A program made the position numbers and the translations under genes. Below, piece after piece: positions 34,843 through 44,398 of a stretch of DNA of 64,000 nucleotides. Within the stretch, counting starts at the first letter, position 1, and the number at the start of each line of letters is the position of its first letter. The notes beneath the pieces are model-generated. The model did not search any database. It had not been told where the DNA came from and saw only the letters and a program-made list of their open reading frames with translations. Source of the stretch: Nitrospinota bacterium (GTDB taxonomy: Bacteria > Nitrospinota_A > UBA7883 > JACRGQ01); contig JACRGR010000010.1 of the NCBI GenBank assembly GCA_016212275.1, positions 5,593 to 69,592 of the forward strand, written 5' to 3'.

Positions 34843-36123
34843 GTGAGCACGATGTTTAGGGAAATTACCCGGTGCCGGATATGCGGCAACCAACGCCTTG
34901 TGGAAGTGCTCTCCCTCGGCACCCAATACCTTACCGGGGTGTTCCCCCGGCGCAAGGACCAGAAAATCGCCGCTGTTCCGCTGGAACTGGTGCGGTGCGA
35001 CGATGGCGGCGGGGCAAACAACGGGTGCGGCCTGCTTCAACTGAAACACAGCTACGACCTGGGACAAATGTACGGCGAGAATTACGGCTACCGTTCCGGC
35101 CTCAACCGGTCCATGGTGAAACACCTGAATGGCAAGGTGCAAAAGATCCTTTCCCGTGTCAGCCTGAACGAAGGGGACCTGGTGATCGATATTGGGAGCA
35201 ACGACAGCACGTTGTTGCGGGCCTACCCGGAGAATGGGCCGGTGCTCGCGGGCATCGACCCCTCCGGAAGCAAGTTCAAGGAATTTTATCCGCCGCACAT
35301 CGCCCTGATCCCGGAATTTTTCACCGCCGGGGCCGTCCGCAAACATTTCCCCGGCAAGAAGGCGAAGGTAATCACCTCCATCGCCATGTTTTACGACCTC
35401 GAGGATCCGCTGAACTTCATGCGTGAAGTGCACGAGGTGCTGGCGGACGACGGCCTTTGGGTCTTTGAGCAAAGCTACATGCCCGCCATGCTGGCGATGA
35501 ATTCGTACGACACCGTGTGCCACGAACATCTGGAATACTACGCGCTCAAACAGATCAAATGGATGGCCGACAAAGCGGGGTTCAAGATCGTGAACGTGGA
35601 GTTCAATGCCATAAACGGCGGAAGTTTTTCCGTGATGATGGCGAAGGCGGGCGCGAACTACAAGGCAAAGGACGCGGTGGTCGCGCAGATACTGAAGGAA
35701 GAAGAAGCTCACGGATTGGACACTATGACGCCGTACCGCGCCTTCGCGGAGCGGGTATCCGCCCATCGCGGGGAATTGCGCCGTGCCATCGAAGGGATAT
35801 GGGCCGAAGGGAAAAAGGTCTTTGGCTACGGAGCTTCCACCAAGGGGAATGTGATCCTCCAGTACTGCGGGATCACCGAAAAAGAGTTGCCGTTCATCGC
35901 CGATGTGAACCGGGAAAAATTCGGGGCGCTCACACCCGGCACCCTCATTCCGATCATCAGTGAAGAAGAGGCCGCCGCTAAAAACCCCGACTGCTACCTG
36001 GTGTTGGTGTGGCACTTCCGCGATTTCATTTTGAACAAGGAGCGGCCTTTTTGCGAACGGGGAGGGAAACTCCTGTTTCCGTTGCCGGCAATCGAGTTTG
36101 TCGACGGGTCGAATCTGAAGTAG
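34843..36123 (+). CDS. NDP-hexose C-methyltransferase (TylC3/EvaC-type; zinc-ribbon, SAM and C-methyltransferase C-terminal domains)
   Basis: 426 aa with an N-terminal four-Cys ribbon (CRICGNQRL...LVRCDDGGGANNGCGLLQL), YGENYGYRSGLN, and SAM motif DLVIDIGSNDSTLL. The C-terminal domain contains VFGYGASTKGN. Confidence 0.8.
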   Translation: MSTMFREITRCRICGNQRLVEVLSLGTQYLTGVFPRRKDQKIAAVPLELVRCDDGGGANNGCGLLQLKHSYDLGQMYGENYGYRSGLNRSMVKHLNGKVQKILSRVSLNEGDLVIDIGSNDSTLLRAYPENGPVLAGIDPSGSKFKEFYPPHIALIPEFFTAGAVRKHFPGKKAKVITSIAMFYDLEDPLNFMREVHEVLADDGLWVFEQSYMPAMLAMNSYDTVCHEHLEYYALKQIKWMADKAGFKIVNVEFNAINGGSFSVMMAKAGANYKAKDAVVAQILKEEEAHGLDTMTPYRAFAERVSAHRGELRRAIEGIWAEGKKVFGYGASTKGNVILQYCGITEKELPFIADVNREKFGALTPGTLIPIISEEEAAAKNPDCYLVLVWHFRDFILNKERPFCERGGKLLFPLPAIEFVDGSNLK

Positions 36124-36141
36124 CGGGACGAAAAGGCGCCT

Positions 36142-37089
36142 TTGGGCAAAAAAAAAGCGGTTATCGTCGGTCTTTCCGGGCAGGACGGGCATTACCTCAA
36201 CGCCCTGCTTTCGGGCAAGGGATATGAGGTCACGGGCCTTTCCAGCACCCGGGCTATCGCCCCGGATGGGAGGATGCTTCCCCCGGTCGATATAACGAAC
36301 CCCGGCGAGGTGGAAACCCTTGTCCGCGCGGTTCGGCCCGACGAGGTGTATTACCTCGCCGCCGTCCACCAGTCGTCGCAGGACCGGATGGCGAACGGCG
36401 ACGGGGATCTTTTCATTAAAAGCATGGCGGTGAACGTGGTGGGGCTGGTCAACTTCCTGAACGCGGCGAAAAAGAACGCGCCCGGCACCCGGCTGTTTTA
36501 CGCCGCCTCTTCCCATGTGTTTGGCGCCCCGGAAGGGGAAATGCAGGACGAACGCACTCCCTTCGATCCCGTGTGCATTTACGGCATCAGCAAAACCGCG
36601 GGCGTGCGGGCGTGCCGTTTTTTCCATGCGGAGCACGGCGTATTCGCTTCCGCCGGGATACTGTTCAATCACGAGTCGCCGGTCCGGAAACCGCAATTCG
36701 TTTCGCGCAAGATCGTGGATACCGCAAAAGCGATCAAGGAAGGCCGGGAGGAAAAACTGGTGTTGGGAAACCTCGATTCGCGCGTGGATTGGGGCTACGC
36801 GCCCGACTTCGCGGACGCGATGCACCGGATACTCCAGGCGGACGGGCCTGACTCCTTTGTGGTGGCCACCGGGGAACTCCATTCGATCCGCGAGTTCGTG
36901 GAAGAGGTCTTTGGTCTATTGGGTCTGGATTGGCAAAAGCATGTGACCGTGGATCCCTCGATTGTCACCAAAAAGCCGCGGCACCCCCTCGCCGGCAAGG
37001 CCCACAAATTGCGCTCCGTCACCGGTTGGCGGCCGTCGGTGGATTTTCCGGGGTTGATCCGTAAGCTGGTTGAAGGAGAAGCGCGGTGA
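36142..37089 (+). CDS. GDP-mannose 4,6-dehydratase-family short-chain dehydrogenase (Gmd/Rmd-like)
   Basis: 315 aa: KKAVIVGLSGQDGHYLNALLSGKGYEVTGL, YGISKTAG (YxxxK), ILFNHESPVRKPQFVSRKI, LGNLDSRVDWGYAPDF. The TTG start is followed by an A9 run. Confidence 0.8.
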   Translation: MGKKKAVIVGLSGQDGHYLNALLSGKGYEVTGLSSTRAIAPDGRMLPPVDITNPGEVETLVRAVRPDEVYYLAAVHQSSQDRMANGDGDLFIKSMAVNVVGLVNFLNAAKKNAPGTRLFYAASSHVFGAPEGEMQDERTPFDPVCIYGISKTAGVRACRFFHAEHGVFASAGILFNHESPVRKPQFVSRKIVDTAKAIKEGREEKLVLGNLDSRVDWGYAPDFADAMHRILQADGPDSFVVATGELHSIREFVEEVFGLLGLDWQKHVTVDPSIVTKKPRHPLAGKAHKLRSVTGWRPSVDFPGLIRKLVEGEAR

Positions 37090-38522
37090 ACGAAACGGTC
37101 CGCCGTCCCATCGTCATCATCCCCACCTACAACGAGGCGGAAAACGTGGAACTGATCTGCCGTCGGATACTGGAGCAAAAGACGCCGGTGGATCTTCTGT
37201 TCGTGGACGACAATTCGCCGGACGGCACCGGAAAGATCGCCGACGCGCTGGCGGAAAAGGACGGGCGGATACACGCGCTCCACCGGGCGGGAAAGTTGGG
37301 GTTGGGCACCGCGCACGTCCACGGCCTTCAATGGGCGTATGACCGCGGCTACCGGGTCGCCATCACCATGGACTGCGACGGGACCCACTCCCCGGACGAC
37401 ATCGCGGCGTTTGCGCAACACGCGGAAGAATACGATGTGGTCGTCGGCTCCCGTTTCATGCGGGACACGAGCCTGCGGGGCTGGACCCTCCACCGGAAGT
37501 TCCTCACCCGGCTCGGCCATTTGTTCACCGGATTTTTCCTCCGCATCCCGTACGACGCCACCGGCGCCTTTCGGCTCTACCGGCTGGACCGGATCCCGCC
37601 GGGGCTGTTTTCGCTGGTGCATTCCCCCGGCTACTCGTTTTTTTTCGAGAGCCTTTTCGTGATCTGCCAAAACGGGTTCCGCGTGAAAGAGGTGGCCATA
37701 GACCTGCCCGCGCGCACCTATGGTCATTCGAAGATGCGGTTTTCCGACGCGAGCTACAGCTTTATGCTCCTCGTGCATACCTGGCTGAAAATGTTGTTGC
37801 ATGAGGAATCGTTCACCTATGCCCCGCCGTACATTCCCTCCGATGTGGACGCGGAAAAATTCAAGACCGAGTGGGACGGCTATTGGAGCGCGAAGAGCGA
37901 CGCGAAAGGGCTGGTGTACGACCTGATCGCCGCCTTCTACCGCAAATTCATCATCAAGCGCACCCTCAACCATTTTCTCGGCAAACATTGTGCGCCGGGG
38001 GCTTTGTTGCTCCACGCCGGGTGCGGGAGCGGGCAGGTGGATACCGGGGTCGCCACGGCATACCGCGTGGACGCGCTGGACATTTCCGCCGCCGCGCTGA
38101 GCCTGTACGCCAAGCACAACCCCAATCACCGGAAACTGGTCCACGCAAGCCTTTTCGAAATGCCGCCCGCGGACCAGGCGTACGACTGCATTTACAACCT
38201 TGGCGTAATGGAGCACTTCGCCGAGGAGGAGATCGGACGCATTCTCCGGCAGTTCCACGGACAATTGAAGGCCGACGGACGGCTGGTGCTTTTCTGGCCT
38301 CCGTCGAAGGGGCTGACCGTTTTATTTTTGGGGATGGTCCATTTCATCTTGAACCGTCTTTTGAAAAAAGGGGTCAAACTGCATCCGGACGAAATTTCCA
38401 AGCTGAGATCGAAACGGCACGCGCGGGAACTGCTGGAAAAGGCCGGCTTCGCGCTGGTGGAGTATTCGTTCGGCCCGCGCGACTTCTTCACTTACGCCAT
38501 CGTGGTGGCCAAGAAAAAATAG
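37086..38522 (+). CDS. Fusion protein: Dpm1/Ppm1-like polyprenol-phosphate glycosyltransferase (GT2) plus class I SAM-dependent methyltransferase
   Basis: 478 aa. The N-terminal part is PIVIIPTYNEAENV...LLFVDDNSPDGT...ITMDCDGTHSP. The C-terminal part is LLLHAGCGSGQVD...VDALDIS...IYNLGVMEHF...DGRLVLFWP. The GTG start overlaps the upstream stop. Confidence 0.75.
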   Translation: MNETVRRPIVIIPTYNEAENVELICRRILEQKTPVDLLFVDDNSPDGTGKIADALAEKDGRIHALHRAGKLGLGTAHVHGLQWAYDRGYRVAITMDCDGTHSPDDIAAFAQHAEEYDVVVGSRFMRDTSLRGWTLHRKFLTRLGHLFTGFFLRIPYDATGAFRLYRLDRIPPGLFSLVHSPGYSFFFESLFVICQNGFRVKEVAIDLPARTYGHSKMRFSDASYSFMLLVHTWLKMLLHEESFTYAPPYIPSDVDAEKFKTEWDGYWSAKSDAKGLVYDLIAAFYRKFIIKRTLNHFLGKHCAPGALLLHAGCGSGQVDTGVATAYRVDALDISAAALSLYAKHNPNHRKLVHASLFEMPPADQAYDCIYNLGVMEHFAEEEIGRILRQFHGQLKADGRLVLFWPPSKGLTVLFLGMVHFILNRLLKKGVKLHPDEISKLRSKRHARELLEKAGFALVEYSFGPRDFFTYAIVVAKKK

Positions 38523-38537
38523 GTCTGCCGCGCGGGT

Positions 38538-39755
38538 TCAAGCCGGTTCCAGCGGGACAACGATCGCGTCGCGCCGCGTGCCGAAGAAAAACTGCACCGC
38601 CTGCACCCACGCCCAACAGTACACCAATAGCGCCCCGAACGTCTTGAAGCGCCATTCGTCGGCGATATGCCGCACCATTTTCGGGAAGAGGTCCGAGTGG
38701 GCGAGCGAGATCAAAAACCACGCGGCGACCATCACGGCAAGGTGCGCGCGGAAAAGGGCGTCGTCGCCGTTGTGCCGCTCGTACAGCGCCTCGTGCAGGA
38801 TGAACGCCAACGCCGGGACCAAAAGGACGAACGTGGGGCTTTCGGTGCGTTTGTTGAACAGCAGGATGAACGCCAACGCCAGCGGCGCCAAAAGCCGGAT
38901 GAATTGGGAGCGTTCCCTTTGGAACACGGCAAATGCCACTATGGCGATGGCAAGCGCGTTAATGGAAATGAAGGCGAGGAACTGGGGAATGCCCGGATGC
39001 AGGCCGAAGTGCGCAAGCGTAGGCTCCAGCCCCAAGAACACCGGATGCAAAGGGTCGCTCATGAATATCCCCAGCCAGTGCGCCAGCAGGGAGAACAGGA
39101 AGTCCATCCCCACGAGCGGCGCGGGGGCCAGCAAGATCAGTGAAAAGAAGACGGCGAAACTCAGCAAAAAGGCGGCGTTCAGCTCCATCGCCATCAGGAG
39201 CGCCGCCACCACCGGATATATTTTGAAATTCGTACCCAGCGCCAAAAGGAGCGCGGAAACCACATACCGCTTTTCGAAATAGGCCGCCATCCCCGCCATC
39301 ATCAGGCCGCCGATAAAGGCGTTAGATTGAAGGTTGGTAAGCGACCCCATCATTTCGTTGGCGCAGAGCAAAAGGGCAAGGAAGTGCCACCAGCGGGAAA
39401 AAAGGCCGGTGGGGTCGAGGTGGCGCACAACCCCCTTGAACCCGTACCAGAACGCAAAAAGATTCAGCAGGTACCACGCCAGCGTCCCCATATGAAGCCC
39501 CAGCCCGCTCTTGGAAAACGGCATGAAAAACACGCCGAACGACGGGCTGTACATGAACCAGTTACGGAAGTTCTCGCTTGTCTGCCAGTCCTGCGGATAC
39601 GGGTCGCGGCCCGATACGATGTCCAGCGCGCCATTATTGAATGCCGTGTAGTTGTTGTGCGGGGCGTGCATGAGGGGAGAGATGGAAAGCAGGATGAAGA
39701 AAAGCAGAAAGCAGAAGTCCGCTTTCCGTTTGAATGGATGATCGCCGAGCCTCAT
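38538..39755 (-). CDS. GT-C fold integral membrane glycosyltransferase, DUF2029/GT87-like (paralogue 2)
   Basis: 405 aa, polytopic: YTAFNNGALDIVSGRDPYP, LLALGTNFKIYPVVAALL. It is a paralogue of the 33480..34745 product and is convergent with the cluster. Confidence 0.6.
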   Translation of the reverse strand: MRLGDHPFKRKADFCFLLFFILLSISPLMHAPHNNYTAFNNGALDIVSGRDPYPQDWQTSENFRNWFMYSPSFGVFFMPFSKSGLGLHMGTLAWYLLNLFAFWYGFKGVVRHLDPTGLFSRWWHFLALLLCANEMMGSLTNLQSNAFIGGLMMAGMAAYFEKRYVVSALLLALGTNFKIYPVVAALLMAMELNAAFLLSFAVFFSLILLAPAPLVGMDFLFSLLAHWLGIFMSDPLHPVFLGLEPTLAHFGLHPGIPQFLAFISINALAIAIVAFAVFQRERSQFIRLLAPLALAFILLFNKRTESPTFVLLVPALAFILHEALYERHNGDDALFRAHLAVMVAAWFLISLAHSDLFPKMVRHIADEWRFKTFGALLVYCWAWVQAVQFFFGTRRDAIVVPLEPA

Positions 39756-39819
39756 GGGTTACGGACGATTATAGCAGGGGACGAACGTCTCCCGCCACGG
39801 AAAGGCGGCTAAGCCGGAA

Positions 39820-39859
39820 CGCGAAACGGCGGAGGATCTTCCGTTCCGCCCGTTTCGCG
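39820..39859 (-). terminator. Strong GC-rich hairpin immediately downstream of rpsT
   Basis: The minus strand CGCGAAACGG(G)CGG pairs with CCGCCGTTTCGCG, a 13-bp stem with one bulge. It starts 2 nt after the S20 stop. The tail TTCCGGCTT is only weakly U-rich. Confidence 0.4.
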
Positions 39860-39861
39860 GG

Positions 39862-40128
39862 TTACTTGCCGAGCTTGGCCACGCCCGCCGCGATGCGCGA
39901 TACGCGCCGCGACGCGGTGTTGGCGTGCAGGATGCCCTTCGTGACCCCTGCGTCTATCAGCGCCTGGGCGGCTTTCAGTTCCTGGGCGGCCTTGGCCTTG
40001 TCCCCGGCGGCCACCGCGGTCTGCACCCGCTTGGCTACCGTTGCCATCGCGCTCTTGTAACTCACGTTGCGCTCGTGCCGCTTAACGTCCTGCCGTGCCG
40101 CTTTGACCGGCGATCTGTGTTTTTTCAA
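39862..40128 (-). CDS. rpsT: 30S ribosomal protein S20
   Basis: LKKHRSPVKAARQDVKRHERNVSYKSAMATVAKRV...GILHANTASRRVSRI. The ORF opens at a TTG at 40140, but the GGAGGA there looks like the RBS for the TTG at 40128. Confidence 0.85.
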   Translation of the reverse strand: MKKHRSPVKAARQDVKRHERNVSYKSAMATVAKRVQTAVAAGDKAKAAQELKAAQALIDAGVTKGILHANTASRRVSRIAAGVAKLGK

Positions 40129-40180
40129 ATCTTCCTCCAAAAGAGGGGCATTCTAACCGAATTTCCCCGAATGTCAACTG

Positions 40181-41938
40181 TTACAGACGCACCGAGGTGC
40201 TACCGGGGGAGGCTCCGGGTTTCGATTCGCGCCAGTCTATCTGCGATATCTGGTAGCGCACCCCCACTTTCCCTTTCAATTCGGCCCAGCCCACCTCGCC
40301 GCATTTGATCGCCGTGGCGTCGCCCAGCATGGTGATCACTTTCGCGCTGGCGAATATCCGGTTCTTTTCCGGGAAGGTTTCTTTCACCCCCGGCGCAAGC
40401 TCCACGAACGATTCCGTCATCAGCCCCTCGATCCGCTTGGCCACGTTAGCGGCGTCGCCTATCCGGTCGCTGTCCGCCTCTTTCACTATCACCTGTCCGC
40501 AGTCCATCCCTATACGCAGGTCAATTATTTGCGCGGGGTCGTCGGTGGAATCATTGTGCGCCCGCACCGAATGCAGAAGCGATATGCCCAGGTTCACCGC
40601 GCTGGCGCAATCGTTGAATGTGAGCATGTAGCCGTCGCCCGTGCTTTTTTCAAACTGGCAGTGGTACTGCTTTTTCAGGTCCGTCAGCGGCTTGTCTATC
40701 ACCGCGAACACTTTTTGGAAGTAGTGCAGTTCGCCGAAGCTGTCTATCATGTTCGTGGACTTGCAGATGTCTATGAACATGATCGCCTCGAACTTCTGCT
40801 CCTTGATGCCTTCTTCCTGCGCGCGGACCGAGGCGGTTTTCAGAGAATCCGTTTCCTCTTTTATCGCGTCTATTGTCATGGTTTCCTCGGCGATCTTGCC
40901 CACCGCCGCCGTCCCCATGCTTTTGATGGACTCAAGGTGCTTTATCGCCTCTTCGCGTATCTTGGCGGAGCCTGCCACGGCGTTCTCCGTCATTTGCACG
41001 AATATCTCCAGGTCCTTCGTCCCCTTTTCGCGCTCGCCCGCCAGCATCCGCGCCGCGCTCCGGCTGTAGTACGCCCATGCCAGGGTGGAGTCCAGTTTCA
41101 GCGCCCTGCTGTAGTCCTTTATCGCCTCTTCATATTTCCCCAGCGCGAAGTAGCCGTTCCCCCGGTTGTAGTACGCCATTGCGTTGGCGGGGGCGAGCTT
41201 TATCGCCTCGTCGTAATCGAGGATCGCCTCTTCCTTCATCCCCAGCTTGCCGCGCGCGGTGGCGCGGTTGAAATACGCGCCGGAGTTTCCGGGGGAAAGC
41301 GCGATTGACTTGTCGAAATCCGCCAGCGCGTCCTTTGGGTTCCCCAGCGCCATTTTCAGGGTGCCGCGCCGGGCCAGCGCTTTCGGGTTTTTCGGATCCA
41401 GCTTTATCGCCTCGTTGAAATCGTTTATCGCCTCTTCTTTTTTTCCGAGCGCCGCCTTGGTCTTGCCGCCGGCGTACCACGAGGGGGCGTGGTTGGGGTT
41501 CAGTTTCACCGCCTGCGCGTAAGCGTTCGCCGCCTCTTCGTACTGGTTCAGTTTGAAGCGCGCGCTTCCCAGGTTGTAGTACAAAAGGGCCGATTGCGGG
41601 TTGATCCGCAACGCCTCGCTGAAATCGGCCACGGCCTCGGCCAGCTTTCCCGCCTGCACCCGCAATAGGCCGCGTTCGCCGAACGCCTTTGGGTGGTTGG
41701 GATCCAGCTTCACCGCTTCGGAAAGGTCCTTTAACGCTTCTTCCTTTTTGCCGAGTTGGATCTTTGCTTTGGCGCGGTGAAAGTGGGGGTCGGCGCTTTT
41801 CGGGTCGAGTTTCAGCGCCTCGTCGAAACAGGGAATGGCGTCTTTGGCGTTGCCGCCTTCGAGCAGGGCCAGCCCCTCGTCGAGCTTTTGTTTTCCTTTT
41901 TTCGCCCCGCCGCCGGTCAGCGCGTCAAACACACCCAT
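40181..41938 (-). CDS. TPR-repeat protein with C-terminal class III adenylate/guanylate cyclase domain
   Basis: 585 aa. About 9 TPR units (AxxxFxxALxLxPxxA pattern) are followed by AIMFIDICKST...KSTGDGYMLTF...RIGMDCGQVIV...GDAANVAKRIEG. Confidence 0.75.
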   Translation of the reverse strand: MGVFDALTGGGAKKGKQKLDEGLALLEGGNAKDAIPCFDEALKLDPKSADPHFHRAKAKIQLGKKEEALKDLSEAVKLDPNHPKAFGERGLLRVQAGKLAEAVADFSEALRINPQSALLYYNLGSARFKLNQYEEAANAYAQAVKLNPNHAPSWYAGGKTKAALGKKEEAINDFNEAIKLDPKNPKALARRGTLKMALGNPKDALADFDKSIALSPGNSGAYFNRATARGKLGMKEEAILDYDEAIKLAPANAMAYYNRGNGYFALGKYEEAIKDYSRALKLDSTLAWAYYSRSAARMLAGEREKGTKDLEIFVQMTENAVAGSAKIREEAIKHLESIKSMGTAAVGKIAEETMTIDAIKEETDSLKTASVRAQEEGIKEQKFEAIMFIDICKSTNMIDSFGELHYFQKVFAVIDKPLTDLKKQYHCQFEKSTGDGYMLTFNDCASAVNLGISLLHSVRAHNDSTDDPAQIIDLRIGMDCGQVIVKEADSDRIGDAANVAKRIEGLMTESFVELAPGVKETFPEKNRIFASAKVITMLGDATAIKCGEVGWAELKGKVGVRYQISQIDWRESKPGASPGSTSVRL

Positions 41939-41967
41939 ACTGGGAATTTTAGCAGGTTTGAGGGGTT

Positions 41968-44376
41968 TTAGGGTGTATGGCCTGAGAGGTAGAAAAAGGT
42001 GCGGACTTTTATTTTGCCGTCCCGCACGGTCAGCGATACGTCGCCGTCGTACTGCGTTTGGTACACCGGCCTGCCCATGAGCGTAGCCAGCGTTTTGCGC
42101 GAGGGCATGTGGAACCGGTTCATTCTTCCCACCGAAATGACGGCGATCTTCGGCCCCACCTCCGCAACGAACTCCGGTGTGCTGGAGGTTGCCGACCCGT
42201 GGTGCGGCACCTTCAGCACGTCCGCCTTCAGCGCCGCCCCTTCGGCCACAAGATATTTTTCCGCTTCCTTTTCGTTGTCGGCGGGCAGGAGCACTTTCGC
42301 CCCATCAATTTCGAGCATGAGCATGAGCGCGAGGTTGTTGTTTTTGGTCCCGGCATGTTCGGCGGCGAATTTGCCCGACGGGTGAAGCACGGAAATGTTT
42401 GGAAGGCCGGGAACCGTATCCCCGCCGCGCAGGACGGCGTACTCTATCCCCTTATTCCGGGCGATGGCGCGCAGGCCGTCCAGCGCCTTGCTCTCTTCGC
42501 CGTTGTCCATGTACCGTTTCACCGCTATCCGGTTCATCACCGCGAAAAGGCCACCCACATGATCGCTATCTCCGTGGGTGGCTATCACCGCGTCCAACCG
42601 CCGCACCCCCAGCCGCCGCAGTTCGGGGATGACCGCCAGTTCCCCCGCGTCGAACTCGCCGAACCGTAGGCCGCCGTCCACAAGGATGTTCGTACCGTCC
42701 CGCATCATGATGAGCGTGGCATCCCCTTGCCCCACATCTATGAACCGAACTTCGCTAAAGGTGCGCTTTTGCGGCCAATAAAAAACAGCCGCCGCCAGGC
42801 ACAGCAGGGCGATGCCGGGCAACATCAGGCGCGAACGGAAAACCCACAGCGCATACACCGCATAAACAAGTGCCACCAGCCACCACGCGGGGGCCGGGCC
42901 GGAAAAGGAAAGGAGGGGGTTGTTCCCGAACAGGTGGGCCACAAAACCGATTCCGCCATACGCCAGCGATGATACCCACGCCGCCGTTTCCCCCAGCGGC
43001 GGCCAAAGCCAACCCAGTCCCGCCGCCGCGAGTACGGATGGCACCGCGAACGCTCCCAATGGGATCGCCACCAAGTTCGCCAGAACCCCGCCGCCGTGCA
43101 GTTCATTGAAGATGGACATGACCACCGGCGCGCTGGCGGCCCCGACCGCGAGCGATATTTTCACGGTGACCAGGAAAAAATCCCCCATACGCGATAAAGG
43201 AGTGGGAGGAGTGAGGGATTCCAGCGGGTCCGGCTTATCCGGCGCCCGCGCCACGAGCAGGATGATGGCAAGCACCGCTGTGTAGGACAGGATGAACGAA
43301 ACGCTGAACAGCGCGGGGGGATCGAGCAGGAGGACGATGATGGCGGAGAGCGCCAGCGAATTGAGCAGTTCCCCCTCGCGTCCAACAATGACGGAAAGGA
43401 AAAAGACCGCCGCCATGATCCCCGCCCGCTGGGCCGGAACGCTGGCCCCGGTCATCAGCACGAACCCGAACACCGCGCCGATGCATAAAAGCGCCGAGAG
43501 TTTGCGGTGCCATCCCGCCTCCACCCAGCGGGGCTTGAGCCACCAAAGAAGGTAAAACGCCATGAAGTAAAAAACCGCATACGCCCCCCCGCTCACAAAT
43601 CCCACATGCAGGCCGGACACCGAAAGAAGATGCACGAGGCCGGAAACCGCCCATTCGCGCCACTCCTGCCGGGTGATGCCGCCGGTCACGCCTACGGTCA
43701 TGGCGGCAACCGCCGCCGATTGATTGCGCGGGTAGTTTTGAAGGATGAACGAATGGATGTTGCGCCGCAGTTTTTCGCACGCGGCGAACAGGTTCCACTC
43801 GCCCGCGGGGAGCGTGACGCGCATTGCCGCCTCGCCACGAAGGTTGGCGCGTGCGGCGATCCCCTTGTCGCGCATGAACTGCTCGTAATCGAACCCGTCG
43901 AGATTGTGGAAGCCGGTTATCGGCCGCACTGAAATGTTTTGCAGTTCCACGCGGTCGCCGGGCAGGGGAGGCGCGTCCCCTTTTTGCACCCCTATCTGCA
44001 CCGATCCGGTCACCGGCGCTCCGTTGAGCCGTTCCGCTGAAAGCGCGAACCGGTAGCCATGCGGGAAATACTCTATCGGCGTTCGCACGGTCCCTTCCAG
44101 CGCCGCACGGGAAACCGGGACGAGCCGTCCAACGTGGTTCGCGGCGTCCATCGCGGCGTCGGCGCGCCACATCCCGAAGAACCCGGCGGCGGCGAAAAGA
44201 GGGATAAGCGTCCGCCAAGTAAGCGGCATTTTTGAAACGGCGATGAGCGCCAGCGCAACGGCGGTCAGGGCGAGCAAGGCGGTGGGAAAGCCCCACGGCT
44301 GGCGGTAGATGAGGATGCCTCCGGCAAGCGCAAGCGCGAGGTCCACCGACGGATAGCGGAGGTTTTTCATCCCCAT
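41968..44376 (-). CDS. comEC: DNA internalisation competence protein ComEC/Rec2 (with metallo-beta-lactamase domain)
   Basis: 802 aa with a polytopic competence domain ([13 protein letters not shown]). The C-terminal MBL motif is [12 protein letters not shown]...[10 protein letters not shown]...VPHHGS. Confidence 0.85.
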   Translation of the reverse strand: MGMKNLRYPSVDLALALAGGILIYRQPWGFPTALLALTAVALALIAVSKMPLTWRTLIPLFAAAGFFGMWRADAAMDAANHVGRLVPVSRAALEGTVRTPIEYFPHGYRFALSAERLNGAPVTGSVQIGVQKGDAPPLPGDRVELQNISVRPITGFHNLDGFDYEQFMRDKGIAARANLRGEAAMRVTLPAGEWNLFAACEKLRRNIHSFILQNYPRNQSAAVAAMTVGVTGGITRQEWREWAVSGLVHLLSVSGLHVGFVSGGAYAVFYFMAFYLLWWLKPRWVEAGWHRKLSALLCIGAVFGFVLMTGASVPAQRAGIMAAVFFLSVIVGREGELLNSLALSAIIVLLLDPPALFSVSFILSYTAVLAIILLVARAPDKPDPLESLTPPTPLSRMGDFFLVTVKISLAVGAASAPVVMSIFNELHGGGVLANLVAIPLGAFAVPSVLAAAGLGWLWPPLGETAAWVSSLAYGGIGFVAHLFGNNPLLSFSGPAPAWWLVALVYAVYALWVFRSRLMLPGIALLCLAAAVFYWPQKRTFSEVRFIDVGQGDATLIMMRDGTNILVDGGLRFGEFDAGELAVIPELRRLGVRRLDAVIATHGDSDHVGGLFAVMNRIAVKRYMDNGEESKALDGLRAIARNKGIEYAVLRGGDTVPGLPNISVLHPSGKFAAEHAGTKNNNLALMLMLEIDGAKVLLPADNEKEAEKYLVAEGAALKADVLKVPHHGSATSSTPEFVAEVGPKIAVISVGRMNRFHMPSRKTLATLMGRPVYQTQYDGDVSLTVRDGKIKVRTFFYLSGHTP

Positions 44377-44398
44377 AAACAGTTCGATTCTACCCCTG

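Noticed and set aside
34753-36882. 709-aa minus-strand ORF, the longest ORF in the 33-39 kb region.
   Set aside because: It lies antisense to the C-methyltransferase and Gmd-like genes, which carry strong family motifs. Its translation is Arg/Gly/His/Pro-rich and motif-free, the typical shadow ORF of high-GC DNA.
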